Assembly (NCBI GenBank): GCA_965221125.1
Contig: CBDCRW010000007.1
Coordinates: 512,001 to 576,000, forward strand
Reading direction: 5' to 3'
Source of the DNA: Alphaproteobacteria bacterium
Lineage (GTDB): Bacteria; Pseudomonadota; Alphaproteobacteria; UBA828
Length of the DNA: 64,000 nt
Positions 11,457 to 20,187 of this stretch are shown here, in pieces; the stretch's first letter is position 1, and every line of letters starts with the position of its first letter. Position numbers and translations under genes: made by a program. The notes below the pieces were generated by a model. The model did not search any database, was not told the origin of the DNA, and saw only the letters and a list, made by a program, of their open reading frames with translations.

Positions 11457-11783
11457 GGCGCAACGGGCTCCAAGGTGTTCACCGACGAGTTCTGCGCGTA
11501 CAATGGGGTAGGTCAAGGCTTCGATCACGAAGCTGTCAACCACTCAGTTGGTGAGTAGGTCCCGGTCATGGTGGACACGAACGGTATCAAGTCTTTCTGG
11601 TCCATGCTCAAGCGGGCGCACAAGGGTACGTTTCACAAAATCGGCGCGAAACAGCTGCAACGGTATGTCAACGAGTTTGCCGGACGGCACAATGTGCGGG
11701 AGGCTGGCACCATCCGCCAGTTGGAGTCGGTGGTAATCTGTCTGGTCGGCAAGCGGTTGATGTATCGTGATCTGATCGCCTGA
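11457..11783 (+). pseudogene. IS1595-family transposase remnant (C-terminal third, internal stop)
   Basis: Frame reads GSKVFTDEFCAYNG..FDHEAVNHSVGE*VPVMVDTNGIKSFWSMLKR...KRLMYRDLIA, colinear with the intact transposase at 50643-51614. Confidence 0.9.
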
Positions 11784-12511
11784 TGCGCACGGGCGCTTCG
11801 GCTCGCGCTCTAACCGTACAGAGCACGGGAAAACGCCGAGTCCGCAATGGTGAAGCAACCAACGATCTTGTTTTCAGCGCCTATGCAGATGGCAATGACA
11901 GGACATTTCCCCGTATTCTCGACCTATATGTGAGCGAGGGAAGCACCATCGCGGATGTGACTTTCGGCAAAGGCGTGTTCTGGCGACATGTGCCTGATGA
12001 TCGGTACGAAGTTTTAGCAACTGACATTCGAGATGGGGTGGATTGCCGCGATCTGCCCTACGAAGACTGCACAATTGACTGCGTAGTTCTGGATCCACCG
12101 TATATGCACACCCCCGGCGGGACGGCGCATAAGACTCACACACCCTTTGAAGAACACTATCGCAACAATGGGAGCGGGCGTCGGACCGCGGGTAAGTATC
12201 ACGAAGCGGTGCTCGATCTCTACCGCCAAGCAGGCGAAGAGGCATATCGGGTTTTGCGGGATCGTGGTGTTCTCATCGTCAAATGCCAGGACGAGGTGTG
12301 CTCGAACCGCCAACGGTTCACCCATGTTGAAATCATGCAAATGTACGACGATATGGGCTACGTTGGTGAGGACCTATTCGTGGTTGTGCGGAACAATCGA
12401 CCGGGTGTCAGCCGCACCATTCGCCAAGTACACGCTCGCAAGAACCATTCCTATTTCTTGGTGTTCTGGAAGCGCGGCAAGACCAAGGGGCTTTGGGAGC
12501 CACCCGCGTGA
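11783..12511 (+). CDS. Amino (m6A/m4C) DNA methyltransferase
   Basis: SAM-binding IADVTFGKG followed by catalytic LDPPY. Lower GC. Start overlaps the transposase stop (TGATG). Confidence 0.85.
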   Translation: MRTGASARALTVQSTGKRRVRNGEATNDLVFSAYADGNDRTFPRILDLYVSEGSTIADVTFGKGVFWRHVPDDRYEVLATDIRDGVDCRDLPYEDCTIDCVVLDPPYMHTPGGTAHKTHTPFEEHYRNNGSGRRTAGKYHEAVLDLYRQAGEEAYRVLRDRGVLIVKCQDEVCSNRQRFTHVEIMQMYDDMGYVGEDLFVVVRNNRPGVSRTIRQVHARKNHSYFLVFWKRGKTKGLWEPPA

Positions 12512-13002
12512 ACCCAGTTGAGCTTTTGGTCGAGGTCATCAAGGAACATTCACCTGAAGACATTTGGCTCGACTCCCCACTCGCCGGCTACCGCAAACTG
12601 GGGAACACAAACCGAGGCGAAATTGGAGAGGAATTCATTCGACGCTACTTGCGCGCCGCTGGAATTAAGGTCAAGAATGGCGGTCGAGTCTCTGCCACGG
12701 ATATAAAAATTGGGAAACACCGTTTTGAAGTGAAAACCGCGTCTCTTGGTGCCAACGGGACCTTCCAGTTCAATCATGTGCGGTTAGACCGCCGATACGA
12801 CCATTTGCTGTGCCTTGGAATATGTCCGCATGAAATCGTCTTCAATATGTGGCGGAAGGGTGAAGTAGCCGAGGAAAAGGCCGGACGGCTAGTCAGAATG
12901 GCTGAGGGCCAAGCCGTCACTTACAAGCTCACCAAGAAGTTAGATGATATGCAACCAATTGAAGGGTTGCCCGGCGTCCTGCGCCATACGTTAGGAATTT
13001 GA
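12508..13002 (+). CDS. Putative type II restriction endonuclease (PD-(D/E)xK)
   Basis: RGEIGEEF helix, then TD..I...RFEVKTA, then FQFNHVR..YD.LLCLGI.P. GTGA overlap with the methyltransferase stop. Confidence 0.7.
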   Translation: MNPVELLVEVIKEHSPEDIWLDSPLAGYRKLGNTNRGEIGEEFIRRYLRAAGIKVKNGGRVSATDIKIGKHRFEVKTASLGANGTFQFNHVRLDRRYDHLLCLGICPHEIVFNMWRKGEVAEEKAGRLVRMAEGQAVTYKLTKKLDDMQPIEGLPGVLRHTLGI

Positions 13003-13056
13003 GGGAAACGCATCACCGCGAACCCAGAGCCTAATTGACGTTGGGCATTTGCCCCC

Positions 13057-13767
13057 CTAATCGATCCCTAAATCAAGGCTGAGCGTATCCACACACCGCT
13101 CATCGTCGTTCGCGGGCTTGTTGACCAGCGGGCTCACGGGGTGCGCGGTCATGGCGTCTGCCGGGTAGGGGGCGAGCGGGACCGGCTCGCCGCTTAGCCA
13201 GGGGTCGAAGGCGGCGGGCGGCAGGATCACGGGCATGCGGGGGTGGACGGGGGCCACGGTCTCGTTGGCCTGCGTGGTGAGGATGGTGCAGGTCTCCACC
13301 GTATCGCCGGGGCCAAGTTCGGCGAGGGAGCCGGTGAGCGCGAGGCCGCCCGGCACCCTCCAGCTCTCCCACAGCCCGGCGAAGGCGAAGCCGCTTCCGT
13401 CCTTCATCTGGAAGAGCCAGGGCTGCTTGGCCCGGCCCTTGGGCGCCTTGGCCCACTCATAAAAACCGTCCGCCGGGATCAGGCAGCGGCGGGCGCGGAA
13501 GGCGGCGCGGAACGAAGGTTTCTCGTGCGCGGTCTCGGCGCGCGCGTTGATCAGCCTGTAGCCGATGTCGGGCTCCTTGGCCCACGCGGGGATCAGGCCC
13601 CAGCGGAGCATGGAGAGCGTGCGGCCGCCTGCGCCTGCGCGCACCACGGCGATGGTCTGCGCCGGTGCGACGTTGTAGCGCGGCCTCACGTTCTGCACCG
13701 GGCCGATCAGGTTGAGCAGCTCCTGCAGCTCGCGCCACGAGAGGCGCTGGGTAAAGCGGCCGCACAC
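13057..13767 (-). CDS. SOS response-associated peptidase (SRAP/YedK family, abasic-site processing)
   Basis: N-terminal MCGRF, RYNVAP, WGLIP.W, INARAET, RCLIPADGFYEW, H.RMPVIL. Confidence 0.95.
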   Translation of the reverse strand: MCGRFTQRLSWRELQELLNLIGPVQNVRPRYNVAPAQTIAVVRAGAGGRTLSMLRWGLIPAWAKEPDIGYRLINARAETAHEKPSFRAAFRARRCLIPADGFYEWAKAPKGRAKQPWLFQMKDGSGFAFAGLWESWRVPGGLALTGSLAELGPGDTVETCTILTTQANETVAPVHPRMPVILPPAAFDPWLSGEPVPLAPYPADAMTAHPVSPLVNKPANDDERCVDTLSLDLGID

Positions 13768-13797
13768 GGGCGGGGCTCCGGCGGCGGGCCGCGCGCC

Positions 13798-14553
13798 CTA
13801 CCAGGCGGTCCAGCCGAGGTCGATCATGAGGTGGGCGCCGTGCACGGCCTTCGCGTCGTCGGAGACGAGATAGGCCACCGCGCCCGCCATGTCGTCGGCC
13901 TCCGCCCAGTAGCGGCCCATGGGGGCGAGGGCGTTCATGCGCTCCTCCTTGCCGGGCTGGGCGCGGATGGCGGCGTTCATGTCGGTGACCGTGGCGCCGG
14001 GGGCGACCGCGTTGACGTTGATGCCGTGCGGCCCAAGCTCCAGGGCGAGCGCCTTGGTCAGCAGCATCTGCCCGCCCTTGGACGCGCAGTAGGCGGCGCC
14101 GGCGCTTGAGCCCACGACGCCGAGCGTCGACGTGATGTTGACGATCTTGCCCGCGCCCTTCGCCTTCATCACCGGCGCCACCGCCCTGGCCATGAAGAAG
14201 CTGCCCTTGAGGTTGATGTCGATCTGCGCGTCCCACAGCGCCTCGGTGGTCTCCTCCATCGGCAGCGGGTGGTAGACGCCGGCGTTGTTGACGAGGATGT
14301 CGATGGTGCCGAGGGTCTCGGCGACCTCGGCCGCGAGCCGCTCGCAGTCGGCGACCCTGGAGACGTCGGCCTGGAAGGGCGCGGCGCGGCCGCCTGCGTG
14401 TGCGATCTCCTGCGCCACCGCTTCGGCCTTCGCGCGCGCGGTGTGCGCGACAACGGCGACAGTCGCACCCTCCGCGCCGAGCCGGCGCGCGATGGATGCG
14501 CCGATCCCGCGCGAGCCGCCCGTGACGATCGCGACCTTGCCCTCGATCTTCAT
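13798..14553 (-). CDS. Short-chain dehydrogenase/reductase
   Basis: TGGSRGIG, NNAG, YCASK, NAVAPG. Confidence 0.93.
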   Translation of the reverse strand: MKIEGKVAIVTGGSRGIGASIARRLGAEGATVAVVAHTARAKAEAVAQEIAHAGGRAAPFQADVSRVADCERLAAEVAETLGTIDILVNNAGVYHPLPMEETTEALWDAQIDINLKGSFFMARAVAPVMKAKGAGKIVNITSTLGVVGSSAGAAYCASKGGQMLLTKALALELGPHGINVNAVAPGATVTDMNAAIRAQPGKEERMNALAPMGRYWAEADDMAGAVAYLVSDDAKAVHGAHLMIDLGWTAW

Positions 14554-14671
14554 GCCGTGCCTCCCTCTCGCTGCCGCCGGCACGATAGCATGGGGGCGGC
14601 GCGGCCTTGATCCCGCCATAATCGGCTCCCAACTGCCCAAGCCAGACGGGCTTCACACAAGGGGTTCACCC

Positions 14672-16141
14672 ATGAACGACGCCGGGCACATGACGCCGGA
14701 CGAGTTCCGCCGCGCGGGCCACGCGGTCATCGAGCGGATCGCGCGCTACATGGAGGAGGTGGAGCGCTACCCGGTGCTGAGCCGGGCGGAACCGGGGTCT
14801 GTCCGGGCCAAGCTGCCCAACGCCGCACCCGAGCGGGGCGAGTCCTTCGCCGACGTGCTGCGCGATGTCGACGAGATCGTCCTGCCCGGCATCACGCACT
14901 GGCAGTCGCCCAACTTCTACGCCTACTTCCCGGCCAACGCGTCGGGCCCCTCGATCCTGGGCGACCTGCTCACCTCGGGTTTTGGGGTGCAGGGCATGCT
15001 GTGGGCGACGAGCCCGGCCTGCACCGAGCTCGAGACCCACGTGCTCGACTGGCTGGTGGATCTGCTGGGGCTGCCGGATGGGTTTCGGTCCAGCGCGGCC
15101 GGCGGCGGGGTGATCCAGGACAGCGCGTCGAGCAGCACGCTGACGGCGCTGATCGCGGCCCGCGAGCGGGCGAGCGCGGGCGCTGCCAACCGCCACGGCG
15201 TGGGCCTCGGGCCGGAAGGCGCGGGGCCGCGGCTCACGGTCTACACCTCGCGCCACGCGCATTCCTCCATCGAGAAGGCGGTGAAGATCGCGGGCCTCGG
15301 GAGCGAGAACCTGCGGCTGGTCGATGCCGACGGGAGCCACGCGATGCGCGCCGACGCGCTGGAGGCGGCGCTCGCGGCGGACCGCGCGGCCGGTGCCCTG
15401 CCCGCGATGGTCTGCGCCACCGTGGGCACGACGTCGTCGGGCGCGGTGGATCCGCTGCGTGCCATCGGCGCGGTCTGCCGGCGGGCAGGCGTCTGGCTTC
15501 ACGTCGACGCCGCGCACGCGGGCAGCGCCACCGTCTGCCCCGAGCAGCGCGGCCTCATCGACGGGCTGGAGCTCGCCGACAGCTACACCTTCAACCCGCA
15601 CAAGTGGCTGCTCACCAACTTCGACTGCAGCTGCTTCTGGGTGGCGGATCGCGCCGCGCTGATCGAGGCGCTGAGCGTGCTGCCCGAATACCTGCGCAAC
15701 CGGGCGACGGACTCGGGCGCGGTGATCGACTACCGCGACTGGCAGGTGCCGCTCGGCCGCCGCTTCCGCGCCCTGAAACTCTGGTTCGTGATCCGCCACT
15801 ACGGGGCGGAGGGCCTGCGCGCGCACGTGCGCCACTGCGTGGCGCTGGCGGACTGGTTCGCCGCGCAGGTGGAGGCGAGCGAGGAGTTTGCGCTGGCGGC
15901 GCCGGTCTCGGCCGGGCTGGTGTGCTTCCGCCACCGCGCGGGCGACGGGTTCAACGAGGCGCTGATGAACCGGCTGAACGAATCCGGCGCGCTCTACCTC
16001 ACGCACACGAAGCTCGACGGCCGGCTGGTGCTGCGCCTCGCGGTGGGCGGCGCAGCCACCCGGCGCGCGCATGTCGAAGGCGCCTGGGCGCGCATCGCCG
16101 AGACGGCGCGGGCGCTTGCGGGCGAGGCGGCGTGCGCGTAA
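14672..16141 (+). CDS. PLP-dependent aromatic-L-amino-acid decarboxylase (group II)
   Basis: PGITHWQSP.F.AYFP, SPACTELE, HSSIEKA, HVDAA, NPHKW (PLP lysine), LGRRFRALKLW. Confidence 0.92.
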   Translation: MNDAGHMTPDEFRRAGHAVIERIARYMEEVERYPVLSRAEPGSVRAKLPNAAPERGESFADVLRDVDEIVLPGITHWQSPNFYAYFPANASGPSILGDLLTSGFGVQGMLWATSPACTELETHVLDWLVDLLGLPDGFRSSAAGGGVIQDSASSSTLTALIAARERASAGAANRHGVGLGPEGAGPRLTVYTSRHAHSSIEKAVKIAGLGSENLRLVDADGSHAMRADALEAALAADRAAGALPAMVCATVGTTSSGAVDPLRAIGAVCRRAGVWLHVDAAHAGSATVCPEQRGLIDGLELADSYTFNPHKWLLTNFDCSCFWVADRAALIEALSVLPEYLRNRATDSGAVIDYRDWQVPLGRRFRALKLWFVIRHYGAEGLRAHVRHCVALADWFAAQVEASEEFALAAPVSAGLVCFRHRAGDGFNEALMNRLNESGALYLTHTKLDGRLVLRLAVGGAATRRAHVEGAWARIAETARALAGEAACA

Positions 16142-16155
16142 GCCCCGTGCCAGCA

Positions 16156-16620
16156 ATGGCGATCTGCGACCTGAGCGCGCTGAACGACCGACTGGGGCCG
16201 GACGCGCGCCTGATGGGGCTCGATCTCGGCGCCAGGACGATGGGCGTCGCGGTCTCCGATGTGAGCCGCACCATCGCCACGGCGCGGACGACGCTGCGCC
16301 GCACCAGGCTCTCGCGCGACATCGAGACGCTGCGCGCGATGATCGAGGCGGAGGGGATCGGCGGCATCGTGGTGGGGTTGCCGGTCAACATGGACGGGAG
16401 CGAAGGCCCGCGCGCGCAGTCCGCCCGCGACATCGCCGCGCGGCTGGCCGAGGGGCTGGCGCTGCCGGTCGCCTTCTGGGACGAGCGGCTTTCCACCGTC
16501 GCCGCCGAGCGCCCCCTGCTCGACGCCGATCTCTCGCGCCGCAAGCGGGCCCGCGTCGTCGACCAGGTGGCCGCCGCCTACATCCTCCAGGGCGCGCTGG
16601 ATCGGCTTCGGGCGCGGTAG
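16156..16620 (+). CDS. ruvX: YqgF/RuvX pre-16S rRNA nuclease
   Basis: GLDLG...GVAVSD, VVGLP.NMDGSEG, WDERLST, D..AA..ILQ. Confidence 0.93.
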   Translation: MAICDLSALNDRLGPDARLMGLDLGARTMGVAVSDVSRTIATARTTLRRTRLSRDIETLRAMIEAEGIGGIVVGLPVNMDGSEGPRAQSARDIAARLAEGLALPVAFWDERLSTVAAERPLLDADLSRRKRARVVDQVAAAYILQGALDRLRAR

Positions 16621-17574
16621 TTACCGGAACTCGCGGATGGCGCCGCGCTGCACCACGAAGCTTGCCGCGAGCACGATGGCGAGGCCGGGGACGGTCATCA
16701 GCGGCGGCGCGGGCTTGCCGAGCGCGAGGTCGAGCAGCAGCACGATCGCCGGCAGCGCGTAGCCGTAGGCCTGCACCCGGGTCGGGCCGAGGCGGAGCGT
16801 CGTGTACTGGGTGAGGAAGAAGGTGACGAGGGTTGGCAGGACCGCGAGGTAGACAATGCCGCCGAGGACCACCGCTTCCACCTCGGACCAGTCGGTGCGC
16901 CAGAGCTTGACGTTGCTCGCCGCGAGCAGCCAGACCGCCGCCGCCACCATCGTCCAGAAGGACTGCACCACGATCGGCTCGCCCCGGTGCAGGCGCTTGA
17001 TGAGCGAGCTGTAGACGGCGTAGCCGACGCAGCCGGCGAGGAAGATCCCGTCGCCGATGTTGACCTCGAGGTTGAAGAGACGCGCGGGATCGCCCCGGAA
17101 GATGATCCAGAGCGCGCCGATCATGCCGAGGAAGAGGGCCGCGACACGGTGGAGGCCGATCCGCTCGCCCACCAGCACCGCGCCGAAGAGCGCGGCGAGG
17201 CCCGGCACGATGGTGAAGATCGCGCTCTCGTTGAGGCCGCTGGTATAGCGCAGCGCCTCGAACATGCACCAGAAGAAGAAGGCTAATGGCCCGCCCAGCG
17301 CGAGGTAGCGGACGCACGAGCCGGCCGTCGGCAGCGCGAGCCCCTCGCGCCAGGCCACGATGGGCGCCATAAGAAGGGCGGCGAGGACGAAGCGGATGCA
17401 CATGAGCACCGCGGGGTCGAGGCCGTGGGTGATGTGCTCGCCGAGCGGGAAGGACGTGGAGATGATGACGATGATGAGGAAGGCGAGCGCGTGCGCGTGC
17501 GCCTTGCCCCCCGGCGTGGGCGCGTCCGGCTGCGCGTCCGGCTGCGAGGCCGCCTGTGGAGGCTCCCTGTCCAT
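16621..17574 (-). CDS. DMT/EamA-family transporter
   Basis: About 10 hydrophobic segments with the duplicated EamA pattern (RF.LA, AL.YT, GE.I). Confidence 0.88.
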   Translation of the reverse strand: MDREPPQAASQPDAQPDAPTPGGKAHAHALAFLIIVIISTSFPLGEHITHGLDPAVLMCIRFVLAALLMAPIVAWREGLALPTAGSCVRYLALGGPLAFFFWCMFEALRYTSGLNESAIFTIVPGLAALFGAVLVGERIGLHRVAALFLGMIGALWIIFRGDPARLFNLEVNIGDGIFLAGCVGYAVYSSLIKRLHRGEPIVVQSFWTMVAAAVWLLAASNVKLWRTDWSEVEAVVLGGIVYLAVLPTLVTFFLTQYTTLRLGPTRVQAYGYALPAIVLLLDLALGKPAPPLMTVPGLAIVLAASFVVQRGAIREFR

Positions 17575-17583
17575 GCGTCACCC

Positions 17584-17730
17584 TAGAGCGTTTCCGTTTT
17601 GCGCGGAAACGCTCTGAGTCTTTGTCGCTCACGGCAGTTGGCCTGCGGCCAACGCCTGCGCGGGCGCGCCGCATACGCGGCGGGCCGCGGTCGCGGCCTG
17701 TCGCGCGACCGCCAAAGTCGGACGCGCTCC
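17584..17730. repeat. ~147-bp palindromic intergenic repeat, copy 1
   Basis: GAGCGTTTCCG..GCGCGGAAACGCTC hairpin ... CAAAGTCGGACGCGCTCC, colinear with 55076-55220. Confidence 0.88.
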
Positions 17731-17801
17731 GACCCGGCGCGAGGGTCAGGAAACAGCAGCGTGTTGGGGGTCGCCGGGATCGGGTCGGGAGCGAGCGGCG
17801 G

Positions 17802-18320
17802 TCAGAACGGCTGGGTGAGCATCGGGAAGCTCTGGTCGCAGTTCGTGAGGTCGACGCGCTTGCGGCGGATGCGGAGCCCGTCGCCTTCCTGCACGATGGT
17901 GTGGGCGTAGCGGCCGCCGAAGACGCGCTGCGGGTTGCCGGGGCGATCCTCCACCATCACGAACTTGGAGCGCACGAGCCAGGCGCCGTCCTCCGTCACC
18001 TCGCCGAGGCGGGCGCCGGAGATCACGCGGACGCAGGTGCTGGGCGGGCTCTGGCAGTGGATGCGGGGATGGTTGAGCCGCTGCACGCGGACCCGCATGG
18101 TCGCCTTGTCGTCGTAGAAGAGCGAGACGTGGTCGTCCCAGCTCTGCTGCTCGGGCGCGGCGGGCACCCAGTAGACGGCGTCCTCGGTGTAGAGGTCGAG
18201 CCACTCGTCGAAGCGGCGCTCGTCCAGCAGGTCGGCTTCGTGCTCGATGAAGCGGCGCAGCTCGTCCAGCGGGAGCGCGTTGGAGCCGGCGGCGGTGCGG
18301 GCCTCGGCCGTGACGCTCAT
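17802..18320 (-). CDS. Aromatic ring-hydroxylating dioxygenase beta subunit
   Basis: EADLLDERRFDEWL.LY..D..YWVP, IRRKRVDL.N. Confidence 0.92.
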   Translation of the reverse strand: MSVTAEARTAAGSNALPLDELRRFIEHEADLLDERRFDEWLDLYTEDAVYWVPAAPEQQSWDDHVSLFYDDKATMRVRVQRLNHPRIHCQSPPSTCVRVISGARLGEVTEDGAWLVRSKFVMVEDRPGNPQRVFGGRYAHTIVQEGDGLRIRRKRVDLTNCDQSFPMLTQPF

Positions 18321-19600
18321 GCGCCCATCAGGTCGCGCCACGCCTCGTGCTGGGCGCGCTGGCCGATCTCGCTGGAGCGCGGGCCGAAGAGGACGCCACT
18401 GCCCTCGTCGATCTCGGCGCCGAGGCCGCGGGCGACGAGCACCCAGTCGGTGCCTTGCGCCGTGAGCCCCTCCTGGCAGCGCTCGAACGCCTCCATGTCG
18501 TCGGACTGGATGAAGGAGGCGGCGGCATGCGTCATGTTCACGAAGCGCACGAGGTCGTCGGAGATGCTCGCGGGCGCGCCCATGAGGCGGACCGGCCAGA
18601 CCTCGACCTTGGTGAAGTCCACCGCGACCGGGCGGATCACGCGCACGGAGGTCTGCGCCAGCAGGATGTCGGAGCTTGGGAAGAAGGTCATGCTGTGGCG
18701 GCGGTTCTTCAGGATGTCGGCCGTGCGCTCCTCGCCGTAGCGGGCCACCATGATGGCGCGGTAGTCGTCCCAGTGGCCGCCGGACTGCTCCTTGTCGAAG
18801 AGCGACGCCTCGGAGCTGTGGCGGTTGTTGAGGCCGCGCACGCCGGTCTGGGCGACGATGGCCTCGCCGTTCGGCGCGAAGAACGCGGCATCGCCGCCTT
18901 CGTCGCCGGCGCGGCGCTTGAACTGGCGGCCGTCGGGGCCGACGGTGGACGCGTGGCAGGCGGCGGGGTGGTACATGTCCGCCAGGTTCTCGAGCTGGAG
19001 CTTCCAGTTGCCGCGGTAGTGGTAGCGGTGGCAGCCGGCGCTGAGCGCCACCTCGCCCTCCGGCGAGCGGTCCACCAGCTCGTCGATGCCGCGCCGGGCT
19101 TCGGCCAGCCAGTCGAGCAGGGGCTCGGCGTCCGCGTTGAAGGAGGCGAAGACGAAGCCGCGGTAGCTCTCGGTCCGGGGCAGCCGCGCCATGCCGAACT
19201 GCGGGTCCGCGAGCGGCTCCTCCGGAAAATCCTTGCGCATGGGCACGCCGGCGAGCGCACCGTTCGGCCGGAAGCTCCAGCCGTGATACATGCAGGTGAA
19301 GACCTTGGCGTTGCCGCGCTCGGCGTTGAGCACCTTGGCGCCGCGGTGGCCGCAGCGGTTGAAGAGCACGCAGATGCCGTCGTCCTTGTGGCGGCTCAGC
19401 ACCACCGGCTGGCGCGCGAGGTGGGTGCAGTAGAAGTCGCCGGGGTTCGGCACCAGGCTCTCGTGGCCGACGTAGAGCCAGACCCGGCGAAAAATCTTCT
19501 CCATCTCGATCTCGAAGATCGCCGGGTCGGTGTAGATGGCGCGGTGCACCCGGTCGGGCTGCACCATCTCCCGCAACTCGTCGCGCGTGTAGCCGGCCAT
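18317..19600 (-). CDS. Aromatic ring-hydroxylating dioxygenase alpha subunit
   Basis: Rieske C.H...C..H (NRCGHRG/CMYHGW), NWKL..EN..D.YH....H mononuclear iron motif, DD.E.FE. Confidence 0.93.
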   Translation of the reverse strand: MAGYTRDELREMVQPDRVHRAIYTDPAIFEIEMEKIFRRVWLYVGHESLVPNPGDFYCTHLARQPVVLSRHKDDGICVLFNRCGHRGAKVLNAERGNAKVFTCMYHGWSFRPNGALAGVPMRKDFPEEPLADPQFGMARLPRTESYRGFVFASFNADAEPLLDWLAEARRGIDELVDRSPEGEVALSAGCHRYHYRGNWKLQLENLADMYHPAACHASTVGPDGRQFKRRAGDEGGDAAFFAPNGEAIVAQTGVRGLNNRHSSEASLFDKEQSGGHWDDYRAIMVARYGEERTADILKNRRHSMTFFPSSDILLAQTSVRVIRPVAVDFTKVEVWPVRLMGAPASISDDLVRFVNMTHAAASFIQSDDMEAFERCQEGLTAQGTDWVLVARGLGAEIDEGSGVLFGPRSSEIGQRAQHEAWRDLMGA

Positions 19601-19959
19601 CGCTCCCTCCGCCCGGTACGGACGCAGGAGCATCTTAGACCGGGCGTGGCCTTGCCGGGAGTCGCTCGTGGGCGCCGTCGAGCCCGGTGGTGCTGCCGAT
19701 GGCGCGCCAGGGAGACCTGAGCGTCATAGTAGCTGACGACGGTGAAGGTAATGCCGGGGTCGTAATCGCGCGAACACGTGCAGACAATACTGCGCGTGAT
19801 GCTGTCCTTCGAATCGTTGCAGGACCCCCCGGACTGCGCGCAATGGTGTCGACCCGGTGAACGCACGACCCCTCCGGCCCGTGCCTGGCATGACCGCTAG
19901 TCGCCACATGACTGTTTAAAGAAGTCTGATGCTATCGGTGAATACTGTACGAAACAGAC

Positions 19960-19988
19960 TTGACGGCAGCCGACAGAAGTTCGATAGT
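19960..19988 (+). promoter_or_regulatory. Sigma70-like promoter for structured RNA copy 1
   Basis: TTGACG-N17-GATAGT. Predicted start (~19994) coincides with the 5' end of the RNA closing stem. Confidence 0.55.
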
Positions 19989-19993
19989 ATAGG

Positions 19994-20130
19994 TGCCAGT
20001 ATCTTTCGGGCATCCCGCTGAGTCGGGTCGCCCGCTGAATAGAACAGCCTGATTCCGGGTCACGGTAGCTCCTTGGCCCCAGGTGAATAGGCGGGGAGTT
20101 TCTCTTAAAATTTCCTGAGAGATACTGGCA
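19994..20130 (+). ncRNA. Unidentified structured RNA / leader, copy 1
   Basis: 17-bp closing stem (19994-20010 with 20114-20130, two G-U pairs), CCCG/CGGG hairpin, CCCGCU/GGCGGG stem, GAAUAGAACA/GAAUA internal loop, GG-UAGCU-CC apical loop. Same architecture at 52019-52144. Confidence 0.75.
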
Positions 20131-20187
20131 AGGCCCGACGCCAGGTCGGGCCAATGCCACTATACCGAGCGGGATGGAGGAACTAAA

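Noticed and set aside
11020-13060. Terminal inverted repeats for the first IS1595 remnant
   Set aside because: I found no convincing matching pair or target duplication. The left part appears deleted.
14285-14671. N-terminal extensions in the ORF track (e.g. decarboxylase from 14285, peptidase from 1508, bfr from 3190)
   Set aside because: They overlap neighbouring genes or promoters. Family motifs and RBSs point to the shorter starts used above.
19994-20130. Known RNA class (c-di-AMP/ydaO riboswitch, 5S, SRP, 6S)
   Set aside because: Only short resemblances (GCYGAAU, UAGGCG). The other diagnostic motifs I recall for these families are missing. An Rfam search is still needed.
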